In this document: one piece after another, positions 1-12,810 of the stretch
Numbering within the stretch: position 1 is the stretch's first letter
Layout of the letters: each line of letters starts with the position of its first letter
NCBI GenBank assembly: GCA_012295275.1
Contig: CM022672.1
Coordinates: 28,520,001-28,584,000, forward strand
Source of the DNA: Chrysomallon squamiferum
Taxonomy: Eukaryota > Animalia > Mollusca
Direction of reading: 5' to 3'
DNA length: 64,000 bases
Notes under the pieces: generated by a model
Database searches by the model: none
Seen by the model: only the letters and a program-made list of their open reading frames with translations
Told to the model about the DNA's origin: nothing
Position numbers and translations under genes: made by a program

Positions 1-964
1 TGAAAGCTCAGTCAGGCAGGGAAACCAATGTTCTTGAATGACATTGTCTTTACAGACGAGTATGTTAAGCAATTGTCTATTCTTATTTTGATAGGGTGTA
101 ATGTGCAGTTAACCTGTGTCAATAACATTTATTATACCCCAAAATTTTATGTTTTTATCCGATTCTTATTTTATCTTGGTTCCCTGTATGACCGTACTCA
201 TATCCATTAATAAAAATTACTTAAATGTATGTTTTATAACTGCATAATATACTATTATCAAGTCACCTGTATATCATAATTAAATAATTAACATGAACCT
301 TAATTTGTGTTGTGTTTATATTCCTTGTGAGGTGGCCATTAAAGCACCTTGTTACCTAGACTGAGCCTCAATAAAACATCCAAGATGTTTAAAGGTGTGA
401 CAAATGGATGTGCATGTTAAAACAGTTTTTGTTGTTAATCTGTTTAGTGTCTTTTCTTTTTTGACAATTTTTAAAATATTGTATTTTTTAAATTGTATAC
501 AACAAATGATAATTTAGAAACATAAAATTTTCTTAGCATAATTTGTTTTGTTTGTTTAGAAGCTATTATTCAATATTGCTCTGTTGTATCATGAGGAACA
601 GGGTCGTTAAAAACACACTATTTAAGTACAGTGTTCACCTGCATGTTGCTTGTCAATAAAGGTTAATAATGGGAGAAAATATGTGTATTCAAATGGGAGT
701 GATTTTTTCAATAGATTTTTAGTCACTGAACATAAATAAATAAAATAAAATAATAGTGATGTTGCAAACATGTATTTCTTTTGTTTTATATCACATTCAT
801 TCCCAAACAGTTATCAAAAGGTAGATATCCAAAGAACATAAAAGTTTACAATTTTTTTTAAATTTATCATTTTTTTATTATTATTATTTTTTAACATCTT
901 TAATGTGTGTCCCCTTCAATTAATGTATCTAAGAGATTTGTAACTGCTGAATTAGATTTCTTAC

Positions 965-3289
965 ATGAGGAAGAGTCAATCATAGCTAATGCAACTGTAA
1001 AAATGAAAATGGCTGTCATGGTCAACAAACTGAAAACAATACGTATGGTGGGCGTTCCGCTGCAATCAAACAAAAACAATTGATTTTATTAATATTAAAA
1101 ATACAGAAATTGGTTATATAACCATTCTTCATTCTTATTAATTTATTCAAATGAAACAAATACAAAGTCAATATTATACAGAATATGTAATTCAATATGC
1201 CAAATATATAATAATAAATTTGAATTTCACTAATTTTTAAAATCAAACTAATCTACATTAATCATCTAACAGAGTTCAGAAATCCATTACATCAAATATA
1301 ACAGTAAAAGTGTAATGCTTGTTTTAACCAAAAGTTTACTAAAAAATAATTTCTAAATTTTTATCCATTGTCCTAAGATCTGGTTTATTTCGGTGAAATA
1401 TTAAAATTCATCAAATGGAAGTTATGCATCACTTACCCTGAGCCACACTGACAGAACAGGTTGATACCACTCATCACAACATTGGGAATCTGTGAGAACA
1501 TGCCAACATAACTCATGAAATTCTTGCTGTATTCAGCTATATCTTTTGACTGTGACGTAGCATTCAGCTTGTAATCCTCAAAATACTGAATGTAGTGGAG
1601 ATGAAAAATAAATGCTGTTACAATGTTAGATTACAAACATTCATTAATACAAATACACATCCTGTTTTCAAATCTATCTATATCTTTAATAAACATCAAG
1701 AAAACAGTTTTGTTTAAACATTAAAAATTACATCACTATTAAGAGTTCAAGCACTGAAAGTACCCAAAACAAAAAAAAAACTTAAAACATACACTTTTGG
1801 CAGTGATGAACATGTTCCAAGGCATTAGAATTCCAATTCCATGAATAACCATGATGATGTAGACCAAATGCCACCTGTAAAAGATTTCATAATTAATTAA
1901 CTTTTTTATTCACATGCATAATTATTAATTTTTTTATACACCATAACTAATATACTTATTTATGTTGTTTTGATGAATTTACTTATACCCTAACAAGCTG
2001 ATTTTTCAACCAACAATGATGGCATATAAATATAAACTTATGATTTCAGTAATTCAGTAGATAATGTGGATTTTTATGAACGGCTACAAAAGTGCATGAA
2101 AAGTTGTGTGAGTGAAACACACAAAGTATGGGATGCTTACAAGGTTAATGCAGTTTGAAAATATTTTATAAAATTTAGAAGTTTTTAAATAATGTATTAT
2201 TATATGACATTTTACACACAGATAAGAACCACAGAGATTCTGAGATGAAACCTGCTTTCACCACATGGTGGGTTATTCTTTTTCTACTTGCAACAAAATG
2301 GCCTACTCATAAAAGGAATGCATAAACATGGTTTCTGATAAATCAGTCACAATGTTTTGTCTACAACAGAACATTTTTGCATGTGAACCAGAAAATAAAC
2401 TTTAAAAATGAAAAAAAAAGTTACTTTAAAACTGAGCAACATTGTAAGGAAGTTGATTCACCTGTCAGGAGGTTCATTTTTCTCCAGTTCTTGAATCTTT
2501 GACAGGTTTTTAAAATTCAGTTCATCAGGATTTCTCTCCACACCTTCCCAGCCTGGGTCAAGCTTGACTGGTGACAAAAACTGCTCTCTCTCATCCACAG
2601 TTGTATCACCAGATGCTGAAATATTTATTAATCTTTAGTTAACTGCTATTAGTTTATTAGGAAGTAAACAAACTTTTGTTTTATTATTATTTATTTATAC
2701 ATCCAGTTTTTAAAAGTTAAGAGCAATTTGCTTCAAGATAAATTATTTAAATTGGAATCTGCCTTTATTTTCATGACAAAAGTAAGAAAAATGTTATCAT
2801 TTGATAAAATGCGTGTTATTTATTTATTTATTAGTACATGCAACCATTTTCTTACTGTTCCTTAACATTAGTTATCTAAAAATTGTAAACAACCGTTTAT
2901 TAACAAGTGATTGGAACAAAGCAATATTTTGCCTCCCATTAATTCTGAGGAGGAAAATATGTATACTGGTTGCACAACAGAATTATCAACGTTATACATA
3001 TTTACTAGAATTAAATTAGGATGTAATAACAGTGTTAAAACTAAAACTAGTTCATCTTATCTAATGCTATTTGTTTGCAAAGCTTAATGAAAAATGTTCC
3101 TTTCTCAACTTTATTCAAAATCATTTGTGTTTACAATTAAACATATTACTTACACGTAACTTTGCCATTAAAAGGTGAATTTCTCCAAGGACTGTCATAA
3201 AGACTTTTGGTCACCATGTAATCTGCACTTCGTTTTGGATTACCAAATGTAGCTAATGGATATGCCTCTTCAGAATTGCTCTGACTCAT
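965..3289 (-). CDS. Equilibrative nucleoside transporter (SLC29/ENT family), 5' part; the gene continues beyond the left window edge
   Basis: Phase-consistent GT-AG exons 3289-3154, 2615-2462, 1874-1793, 1585-1437 and 1059-965 translate to MSQSNSEEAYPL...EPPDRWHLVYIIMVIHGIGILMPWNMFITAKSYFEDYKL...FMSYVGMFSQIPNVVMSGINLF...TPTIRIVFSLLTMTAIFIFTVALAMIDSSS. PxDR plus GxGxLxPWNxFITA is the ENT TM1 signature, followed by TM2 and TM3. Paralog (ENT1/2/3) not resolved. Confidence 0.9.
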
Positions 3290-4334
3290 TGTGATGTGGT
3301 GTGAAGTATCAGTTTCAATGTAGAGTGTCTAAAGATATGTCATTCTGGTTGTTTCTCCTATAGAACAGTAAATAAACATTAAACTTTTTTTTTTAAATTA
3401 AAGATTTTAACAAAATGGATTGAAATAGCTGTGAAGTCATTTATAACCAACTTCATTTTGTATTTGTAATAAAGGTTTTAAGTTTTAAAAAAACACATCC
3501 TCCATAAAGAACAAAGCATAATAATAATAAAATTATACATCTACTAAACATCATTAAATAATAAAAAATATTTTGAGATACCAGTACATGGAATAGTTAA
3601 AAATAAAGGAACAAGTGAATTTAATACAAAACATATTCAATGATACAGATATGAACAAATTAATCAGGATGTATGGCCAGTGCTGTGATATGGGTTATCT
3701 TGTTATATCACTATTTTAACAAGACACTTCACTTATCTAAAGCACATTTTACAACAAGGACAGTTTTAAAGATTACACAAAATGATTACAATACTTTTCA
3801 TATATTATAAGCCTAATTTAAAAAAATGCTTAGTTTATCTTTAAAATAATACTTTGAAAACTATTGGTATCTTCTGGTGTATAGTTTCAAAAACAAATGA
3901 AATGAAAGGTCAGCAACACCCAAGATAAACACATGTAACTGTAACTGTAATGTATAAAGTTAATTAACAAACTAAAATCCATAAATTCTTTTTAACTAAC
4001 AAAAAATTATCAGTGAGAACTTTTTGGTCAGTTGTTTAAGGCTCTGTTCTGCTGTTGAATATGCTAATCAGCTTTTTGTTTGCTTGCCCTAACACAGTAA
4101 TGTTATACATCTGGCCAGAGACAACAAAGTTAGGATCGGTCCTTGTCTGTTAAGCAAACTTATCAGATATCAGTGTTTGTTTTTCACCAAGTCAATTATG
4201 TACTGTTTAATGAAGTTCTTTAGGCAAGATTAATTAATCAATGTCAATATTATTTTTTAACTTATTATTTTCAATAATTTTCTCATTAAAAAAGCTGTCT
4301 TTTTGTTGTTTCTTCATTCTTTCTTTTTTCTTAA

Positions 4335-4339
<5 letters not shown>

Positions 4340-4380
<41 letters not shown>
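4340..4380. repeat. (TG)n microsatellite
   Basis: Seen directly. Confidence 0.95.
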
Positions 4381-4382
<2 letters not shown>

Positions 4383-5740
4383 GCACTTATGCACCTTTAA
4401 CATTTATACAAAATTATACATTATCTTTTTAAATGAAAATATCCCCAACTTTTAAATCATTTAATTTTAACATAAAAATAATTATAAATTCAGAAATATA
4501 AAATGTTTGCAGAATAATCTCATATTTTTATCTTGCTTAAAAAAAAAGACTGAACTGCAAACCAACTTGTCCCCACATTACTGACAGTATATTAAGCATC
4601 AACAAGTTTATGAATTAAAATAGTCCACTCCGTGAGCTATATATATATATATATATATATGTATTTTAATAACAATTAATCTCAAATCAATTCCTTCAGT
4701 ATGCACTAATACATTACATATGTAGAGGGGAAAATGAAGGATAAAGAACTTGTCTGCTATGAAGTTCAATATACAAAGGACTACAAAAACCATAACTGTC
4801 ACAGAAATGTGCACACACATACAAAAAAGTTAACATGAAAAGCATTAGTTGTCTTAGCAACATTAGAAAAAGCCTACTTACTTAAATGCACTGAAGGAAT
4901 AATGTGTAAACGTCATAATGTACCATGTGTTCTACAAATGTGTACGAAATGCAATAATACCCACCAGATATCAACTCAACATTACATGACATACAAAACT
5001 GAATATATATCACCAATGAACTATACAAATATGAAAAACATATATTATGACAGATATGTAAAACATGTATTAAAAAAACGATGCTGTTTTTGTTAACCAT
5101 TATTAGCATGCGGACAAGGAAAATATACTTCACATACTCTGCTACTTGGCTTCCATGTTTTCCCAGACAAAGGTCAAAACAACCTGGAATGCTTATATTT
5201 TTCTGACTTCATCACTTATTCAAGAGATCTTGATCAGTGTGAAAAGAATGGGGTCTAATAAATATGAAGCTACCATCATTTCATTATATGCAGTTCTTTG
5301 AAACCATTGACAAAATACAGATAGTTGTTAATATATTATATTCACTTATTCATGGGTAATTTGTTTTTTATATGTAGCGCTCTCCATGTTTTACACTTGC
5401 TGTTTCACAAATTTCAAATCATTATAAAGAGATTAATATTCTTAAGGAGATTAAATAGCAGTCTAGGGTAAGTGAATGTCTTTTAAAATCTAAAATCATC
5501 TACAACTGATAATATTTTGAATTAAGTAACTACATCTACTTTTATATTAAACTTGACAGTACAAACAAATTCCATATTTTACTTAAAAATCTGCTGTAAT
5601 TGATATTTCAACAAACACATTTAACATTTATTAAAATTTATTAAGATTTTTTGTGCAAAAGTAACTGAAAATAATAAACAAAAATAATAACAGTAATAAA
5701 AAATATTAATAACAGACACACTTTTTATTTGAAGCTGGAT

Positions 5741-5778
<38 letters not shown>

Positions 5779-6500
5779 TGAAGTTTTCTATTTCTTTTCT
5801 TTTTTAACAAGATATGTTTTTATTTTTGTGAATCTTAAGTATAAAAAAAAAAACACAAGAAAAACCAACAAAAAAACAAACAAACAACTAACTAAATAAA
5901 CAAAAAAATAAAAATAAAAAATAAAAAATTGAAATAAAAATAAAAATAAAATAACTGGATTAACAAAATTTCTATTCTGGCTTCATGTAATATTCAAAAA
6001 TATTCTCCTCTGAGTGCTATATTTTTACAAATACTGTATAGAGTTTCAGCTATAATATTACAACATATCACCATTTGCTAAGCATTTGAATCTAATACGG
6101 AACTCCCGTCAAAACATGTTTGCTGCAAAGATAACAACTGACACTAATAACTGAGGGACTGTATTATGGAGAGTTAAACACCCTTTTGCAAGCTGTTGCA
6201 AAACAGCACAATATTCCAAGAGAGTGTATGAGATACTGAATAGTGTCTTGCTCTCCCTTAATTAGTTTTCACTGCTGTTTGACAATAAAATTCATACTCC
6301 TACTACCTGAACATTCACCATTAAAAAATAAAAACATTAATACCATTCATATCATTAGTAATTTCCATTCTGCAGAATGTTACTTTCATTATAATTTTAT
6401 ATAATATATATAATGTGGTCAAATTAAGGAAGGTACCATTTTATTTACTATTGTGTACTGTAATAATAAAAATTTCAAATTAATGATGTCCCTCTATTTA

Positions 6501-6534
<34 letters not shown>

Positions 6535-8089
6535 AATCATGACAAATAACTATTTAACTAAGTGTATAAGAGAAATAACTTATTTTTAATTGAAAGGTGA
6601 TGGGCTCTCACTGAGACTGGGTTTTTTTTTTTAAATCTTTTGTGACAGAAATATAATCAACCTTAAGTACATCTTTCAAAGAAATCTAAGTTTAAAATTA
6701 CTTATCTTTGGTTTTAAAATTATTATTAAGAAAAATAAATCAATCCTATGTAATATAAAACACAGCATCAAATTTACCATATTAATCCATTCAAAAAAAA
6801 ATAAATTGAAAAAAAAGAATAAAAATTATACCTTTTTTTTCAAGATAAGCAATCTAAAAAAAAAAATAAACAAACATATCAATGTAAAAATTTTCTGCAA
6901 ATACATCATTATGGAAAATGAAAGACAGTGTATTTAAAAATGGGAGAACGAAAATGAAGTGCAGCTATTTGAAAAACTGACCACTATATGATTAAAATAA
7001 ACACTAATTAATTCAACAATAATGTACACAAAAATTTAGCAAAATGATGTTAAAAAGTTTTAAATAAAAGTATAAACAGTGAAAAAAAAAGTTGTAATAA
7101 ATTTTATTTTTTAAAAATCCATTATTTTGGAAATATTATAGCAGTTTATACCCCTTATTATCAGATTCTATTCAGTATTTTGTTACATTTTTGTTTTACC
7201 GCTAGTTAAAGAGATCATAAATTATGTTTTTATATATAAAAATCATTATAAAGTGTTGAGCAAAAAACAAAAGAGGGATAGACCTAAACATAAAACTAAA
7301 ACTGCAATAATATTGTTGTTCATTTATTTGTTTAATGGTATTTTAAAGGTAAGATGATTTGGATATATTTTCAAAACGGTAATACATATCTATAGCAGAG
7401 AAAAGATCACTTGGTAGATATGTAACAAAAGCTGCTTTTCTTAATGGGGATTCCTTTAATGTTTCTGTTTTGTCATTACTTTTACATAACCTCAAAAAAA
7501 AAACAAATATCATGCATATACAATATACATATTTACTTTGTATTTGTTTCTTGACATGTGATCTTTGATAAACAATGGAGAATCAACAGATAAGTTTACT
7601 GTTTCAGAATGACTCTCGTGTGCCTAAGATAGACTTAATATTATTCAGTAAATCTTATAAAAGTTGCATTTCTGTCTTAGTCTTCCAAATTTCATACAAT
7701 TCATCAGTCTCGAAAAATGATCTATTTGTATATTCAATATATATTAATTTTTGAGATGTTCAGTACACAATTAAGGTGCATTTCAGTGTGTATTGAAAAA
7801 TGCTTAAATATACTGTACAGCTCTAAAGTTTCATTCTTGTATAATATATAAATCACACTTTCTTCATAGATTCTGAAGAAAAATACCAGAACATTTTATT
7901 CAGATAAAAAATCTTTCCGATATGTAATTCTAATTGTATTGGAAAATGATATTTTTGACAATTTTGTCACAGACCTATTATGGATGATTATTTTACAAAT
8001 AAAAAAAGAATATAATTTTTTTTTGTTTTTTTTCTTCTGAATGTTATTTAAGTCTAATATTTGTTTATCTGTTTATTCTTATAACTGCA

Positions 8090-9060
8090 TTCGGTGACAT
8101 TGAAATGTCCATGCCGATCGCACTATATATAACGAAGGAAAATATATAAATAAATACCAAATTGTAAATATATATATATATATATATAATTCAAAAGTTT
8201 ATATCTACTGAACTAACAGGCACTAATAGGTTATAAATTACCTGATTATTCTATAAGCTATTCCTTTTTCATCCTATTTGGTACATTCAGACATTTTATT
8301 TCTGGCGGTATGTTGCACGCGTGCGTACTCAAGGGATATAACCGGGGTCCATGTCAAAATAGCAAACGAATGCTTCACCGTTAACGGGGTGTCAAATTAA
8401 TATTAACAGTTATTCATTCATTTTGGGAGAATTGTTCATAAGATTTAGGAAATTGAACTTTACCTCACTCCTGCAGAATAACAAATATTAATATGTTGTC
8501 ACAAGAACCATATTGCTGTATCATTATATTATTATCAAATATTTTATTATCAATGATTCAATCTGTATTTTTGCTTGTTCATCATGAAATATGTATTGCA
8601 GTTATAAACTAAGCTTCAATATGTTTTATAATTGACTGTTTAATATGTGTATATTCAAACAAAACTATATTATTTCATGCTGTTTTAATTCCTAGTTATG
8701 GACATTTAATTAAACAGAAATATTTTGAGATAGTCCCATACTATTTCTGTACAGGGGAGATAATGGATCCTAAAGTCATCCGGGACTTTACAAAATGGAT
8801 TCTTCGAACGAAGTGCGACTTAATAAAACGAATAAAAATCGTTGACAATTTTTTTTTTTTACCAATGCAATGTTGTCGAATGGTATGGAAGGGAAATAAA
8901 ACAACCTAAGAATTAAGGTATTTTTGTTTCGATGTTGATAGAAATATTTTTGTTTTGTATTTAACGTAACATATTTTGCCAATCGTCCAACGTAAACAAG
9001 TAATGAAGTATTAACTGAAAATAGTCAAATAGTATCAGGACTGTAACGGAGATATGTTTT
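8090..9060. promoter_or_regulatory. Probable CpG-retaining promoter region between the divergent ENT and ASB genes
   Basis: Dense cluster of CG dinucleotides in otherwise CpG-poor DNA; palindrome GCACGCGTGC at 8315-8324; minus-strand donor-like sites (CAG|gtaatt at 8241, GAG|gtaaag at 8463) suitable for non-coding first exons of ENT. The first coding exons of both ENT (acceptor near 3358) and ASB (acceptor at 11161-11162) are preceded by splice acceptors, so upstream UTR exons are expected. Confidence 0.5.
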
Positions 9061-9544
9061 TCTGAGTCAAAAGTATTATATCACATTATTTTATCTAAAT
9101 CTGACTGGGAAGGTTATCTTACAGTGTGAGTGTTATTAGGGGAAAATATACGTGACCTATTACTTCATACATGTATTACTAGTAATTTCTATTACTTAGT
9201 TATTTACCTTATTACTACTAGTATAAATCTAAGTATTAATGTTTTGTGGTCATTGAGTGCCACTAGTAGTTATGGATTTACCTGTATTAGCAGAAGAAAA
9301 TTCGACGGCAATTATGTGGTTATCCCTGTGAGTTGTTCCTCATTAATTAGCTAAAATGTAATTATTTTGCATACAGTATAGTTGTCGTGTATAGTTAAAA
9401 AAATTTAGAATTAATATTCTAATAAAATATACACTCATTTAAACAAAACGTCCATGGAGAAAAGCAGAAAACTCTTTGTTGATAAAATTGTAACATTTAG
9501 AGTAAATGTTGGATACTTTGATTTTCAGCTATTGCAGTGATTTT

Positions 9545-10295
9545 ATTCTTCAGGAATGCTCAAGAGTTGTATGTTTGCAACACTCGTTTTTCTTTTCTTT
9601 ATAACTTGATGATAACAAGTAAAATATTTTTCAAGTTTTCAGTAACTGTTCTATCTCAGTTGGATCGAGTAAGGAAAAGATTATAATGGCCCTCTCTGTT
9701 TCAAAAGCTTTTCCAAACTTCTCCTTTGAATTTAAAGTTGTAGGGCATTGATTTCTTCTTCTTCTTCTTCCTCCTCTTGCTTTTCATTGCCACTTGCTGC
9801 CATTTCAAGCAGCTTATCATTAAAAACCTGGTTGTTTTGTGCTTTAAGCAAATCTGTTATGTCACTTTCCACATGCACTTTATTTGTTGACTGTATCTAA
9901 AACATTAAGGCTTTTCCAAAATTCTTTAAGAGTATGATCTCCTTCTGTAGCCATTGCTTTAATGAAAATTTCAAACATTTTGTTCAAATAATCTGGCTTA
10001 AAAGTTTAAAGAAGATTTTGGTCCATAAGCAGTCCCATTACATCCATATTTAAGATATGTAATTTATGTCTTCAATTGTAACTTCTGTTTTTGTGGAAAC
10101 ATTTTTGTTACATCCTTAACAACACTGGCAGCTTTAATTTAATATTAATCCATCCTGCTCTCTTCTTACAATGCTCAAACCAGCAAGTGTAGTAGTCTTC
10201 TTTTTTTAACCTGAGCATTGTATAAATGGAAAATGGCTTTGCGCAAATCATGGCAATACAGTCTTCCTTTCAATAAAGCTTGAAACAGTTGCCCA
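9545..10295 (-). pseudogene. Decayed pogo/Tigger (CENP-B/TIGD1-like) transposase relic
   Basis: Minus-strand translation across stops and frameshifts gives WFEHCKKRAGWINIKL..AASVVKDVTKMFP, LNMDVMGLLMDQNLL*TFKPDYLNKMF...LKEFWKSLNVLDTV, VESDITDLLKAQ...DKLLEM and an acidic tract. These are collinear with the Tigger motifs GWF..FK.R, NxDETGL, QPMDQG..TFK, FWK...I.D and V..EDV.ELL. Confidence 0.75.
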
Positions 10296-10719
10296 CAATT
10301 ACAGAAATGTTCTGAACATAAAACTCAGTTGTCTTTCAAGTTACAATAAAAAATGTGTAGTATTTTATTGTTTTTTGCATGCTTTATCCAGTGAATTAGA
10401 AATAATTTTAATTTAGTGACTTTCATTTTTCTAAAGTAACATACCAGTAATATATCTAAGTTCTGACATCACTTAATTTGTTTCTGCTGAAATCTTTTAA
10501 AAATAATTCATAGGTTCTCAAAAGTGCTTTACATTTTTTTCTTGTGATTTGTATTTTTGCCTAAATTCGTACTGTTCTTTTGATTGTTAGTTTTGTGTTT
10601 TTTTCCAATACATTTTCTGAGCTGTGACTGTTATTTTTTTAGAAATTATGCTACAGATATGATAATAACACAAATTTCTTTTTAATTTTTTGTAGACCTG
10701 AAATTTAACTTCTTTTTAA

Positions 10720-11100
10720 AATATTAAGTCCAAGATTAAACAAGTGTCGCACAGATTGGATACATGACATTTTTGTTTTCACTGAGGTTGAATAATATTA
10801 TGTAATAAACAAAAAGAAAATGTAATGTTTTGGGTGTTTCTGATGACACAAGTGTTTACAACAGGATTAGGTATTAATCACTGTAAGTCCATATATATTT
10901 TAATTAATTACTCAAATATCAAACTTTAGCTCTAAAACTAACAAGACTGATGTCATCAGTAACATCTTAAACAGCTAATTATAAAAAATGTCAACAATTA
11001 TATTTTAAAGGTCTATACTTTCTCTACATTTTTCATAAACAACTTATTTAACAGTAAAATTTTATATTTTCTAACACCTGACATACAAACCTGAGTTCAT
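10720..11100. repeat. Possible decayed palindromic MITE-like repeat
   Basis: Imperfect inverted match between ggtgtttctgatgaca (~10833-10848) and tgtcatcagtaacatc (~10951-10966). Termini not resolved. Confidence 0.3.
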
Positions 11101-11186
11101 TTTATGAGAACATTTATATATATATATATATGGGAGTAAAGGTGGTATTACATATTATTCAGGTAATAGCTTGATTCAAGGACATA

Positions 11187-12810
11187 ATGGGTAATTCTAA
11201 ATCAACAAAATGTGAAGAGCCGCAGATGGGCATGACACAGTTGGAACGGGAACTCCATCTGGCTGTAATGGCCAATGATCGAGAAAGTGTGCGAAAATTA
11301 TTGGCTCAGGGTGCTGATATCAACTATCCATGGAATAATCCCACAGTTCCTAGTGTTAAAGACAGCACAACCCCACTTCTTGCTGCAGTGTCACTCAATC
11401 ATGTAGAAATCAGTATGGTCAGTATAAACAGAAAAGATAATTCTAGAATAACATTACAAATAATATTTCAGTGGAAAATAAAGGTAACTAATGATTCTAT
11501 AATGTCCTATAATATAATATAATGTAAAAAAAAAAAAAAAAAAAAAAAAAAGGATTTATTTTCTTTTCTGTTTTTGTATATTTTTAAAATTTATTATTTA
11601 AAAAAATTATTTTTAGGTAATACAAATTCCATTTAAATGCTTCATTTTTCTGTATTATCTAACAGAAATTCATTTTATGATAATTTTCATTTTGCTTTTT
11701 TAACAGATACTCTTAAAAGCTGGCGCCAGTATTGATCTTACAGACCGTCGCAATTGCACACCTTTATACAAAGCTGCCTATCATGGTCGGCCTATACTTG
11801 TTGACATCTTAGTTCAGTCAGGTAAGATATGTATCAAGATATTTGTGTTCAAAGTGCTGACTGCAAATCAGGTGTCAAGTCCTTATGCTAGAAAGTCAAC
11901 TTTTCTCTTCTTTTTTCAATGAATGAGCAAGTCTCATACTGTAATGCTGTGTAAAAGAAAGCAAGAATATGTTATTGTGTAACAATGCAAATTTTCGTTT
12001 TTTAGTTTTTTAAATTATACATACATAAATTCATTTCAGGTGCTGATATTAACAAGCCTGACCAGGAGAATCAGACTCCACTCTATATATGTGTACAGAA
12101 TGCTATTGTTCATTCAAGCTATGCCACTGTTGAAAGGCTGCTGGCAGCTGGTTCATCTGTGCATATGTGAGTAGACAAGTCAATCTACTTACAGATTGTA
12201 AAAATTGATTGTAGAAATATTCTAAATGAAAAAAAAAAATTAGGTTTACAAAACATTTAAACAACAAGCATGAATATGATTTGAAAAATAAATGTGTTTT
12301 GTAAAAAATAGTGGTGTTAATTTCAGGTGTGACAAAGATGGGCTGGCTCCTATACATGTTGCTGCACACTGGAAACTCAAGGACATAATACGAATGCTTC
12401 TCAAAGCTAAAAGTGATGTGAATGCTACAGATCACCGTGGCCGGACACCTCTCTATGTGTGTGTTAGCTCACTAAGCACTGGCCTGTACAAGGATGATCT
12501 GAGGTACCAGGTTCCATGTATGAAGATTGTTTATGCTGCTGGCTGCGATATGTTGAATCTTGTTGATTGGTTGAGGTGGAAAGGTCCCGGAATTCCTGAG
12601 GAGATGCTGGCTGATGATGAAGCTTTCTCCAGGTGGTACAAGACAAACATGTCATCACCCCACTCTCTGATGAATCTTTGTCGTAAGGTGATTCAGCAAC
12701 ATCTGGACTTTGAAAGGGGAAGCTTCCGTCTCCTTATTCCCAAACTGCCTGTCCCTTCCAAACTACAAGATTATCTTTCTCGCAAATTATTCCATCTCCC
12801 TCCTCCATAA
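11187..12810 (+). CDS. Ankyrin repeat and SOCS box-containing (ASB-type) protein, 318 aa
   Basis: Exons 11187-11417, 11707-11821, 12040-12166 and 12327-12810 have consistent phases and total 957 nt. Ankyrin motifs TPLLAA, TPLYKAAYHG, TPLYICVQ, APIHVAAH, GRTPLY and GADIN; C-terminal SOCS box PHSLMNLCRKVIQQHL...IPKLPVPSKLQDYL. N-terminus is MGNSKSTKC. Confidence 0.92.

Noticed and set aside
1-70. Higher-complexity segment at the left edge ending in a plus-strand GA|gtatgt donor-like site
   Set aside because: All three plus-strand frames contain a stop within the first 45 nt, and the minus-strand frame does not resemble the expected next ENT exon (TM4). Too little context.
4880-5300. Open frames upstream of the ENT coding start (MCKRHNVPCV..., ADKENILHILC...)
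   Set aside because: No recognisable family, no convincing splice pairs; possibly an unidentifiable repeat relic.
6060-6310. Possible extra ENT upstream exon on the minus strand
   Set aside because: Splice-like words are present, but there is no open phase-1 frame with an ATG. At most a UTR exon, and unsupported.
11155-11168. ttattcag|gtaata AGGT motif resembling a recursive splice site before the ASB ATG
   Set aside because: The upstream intron is probably only 2-3 kb, and AGGT at acceptors occurs often by chance.
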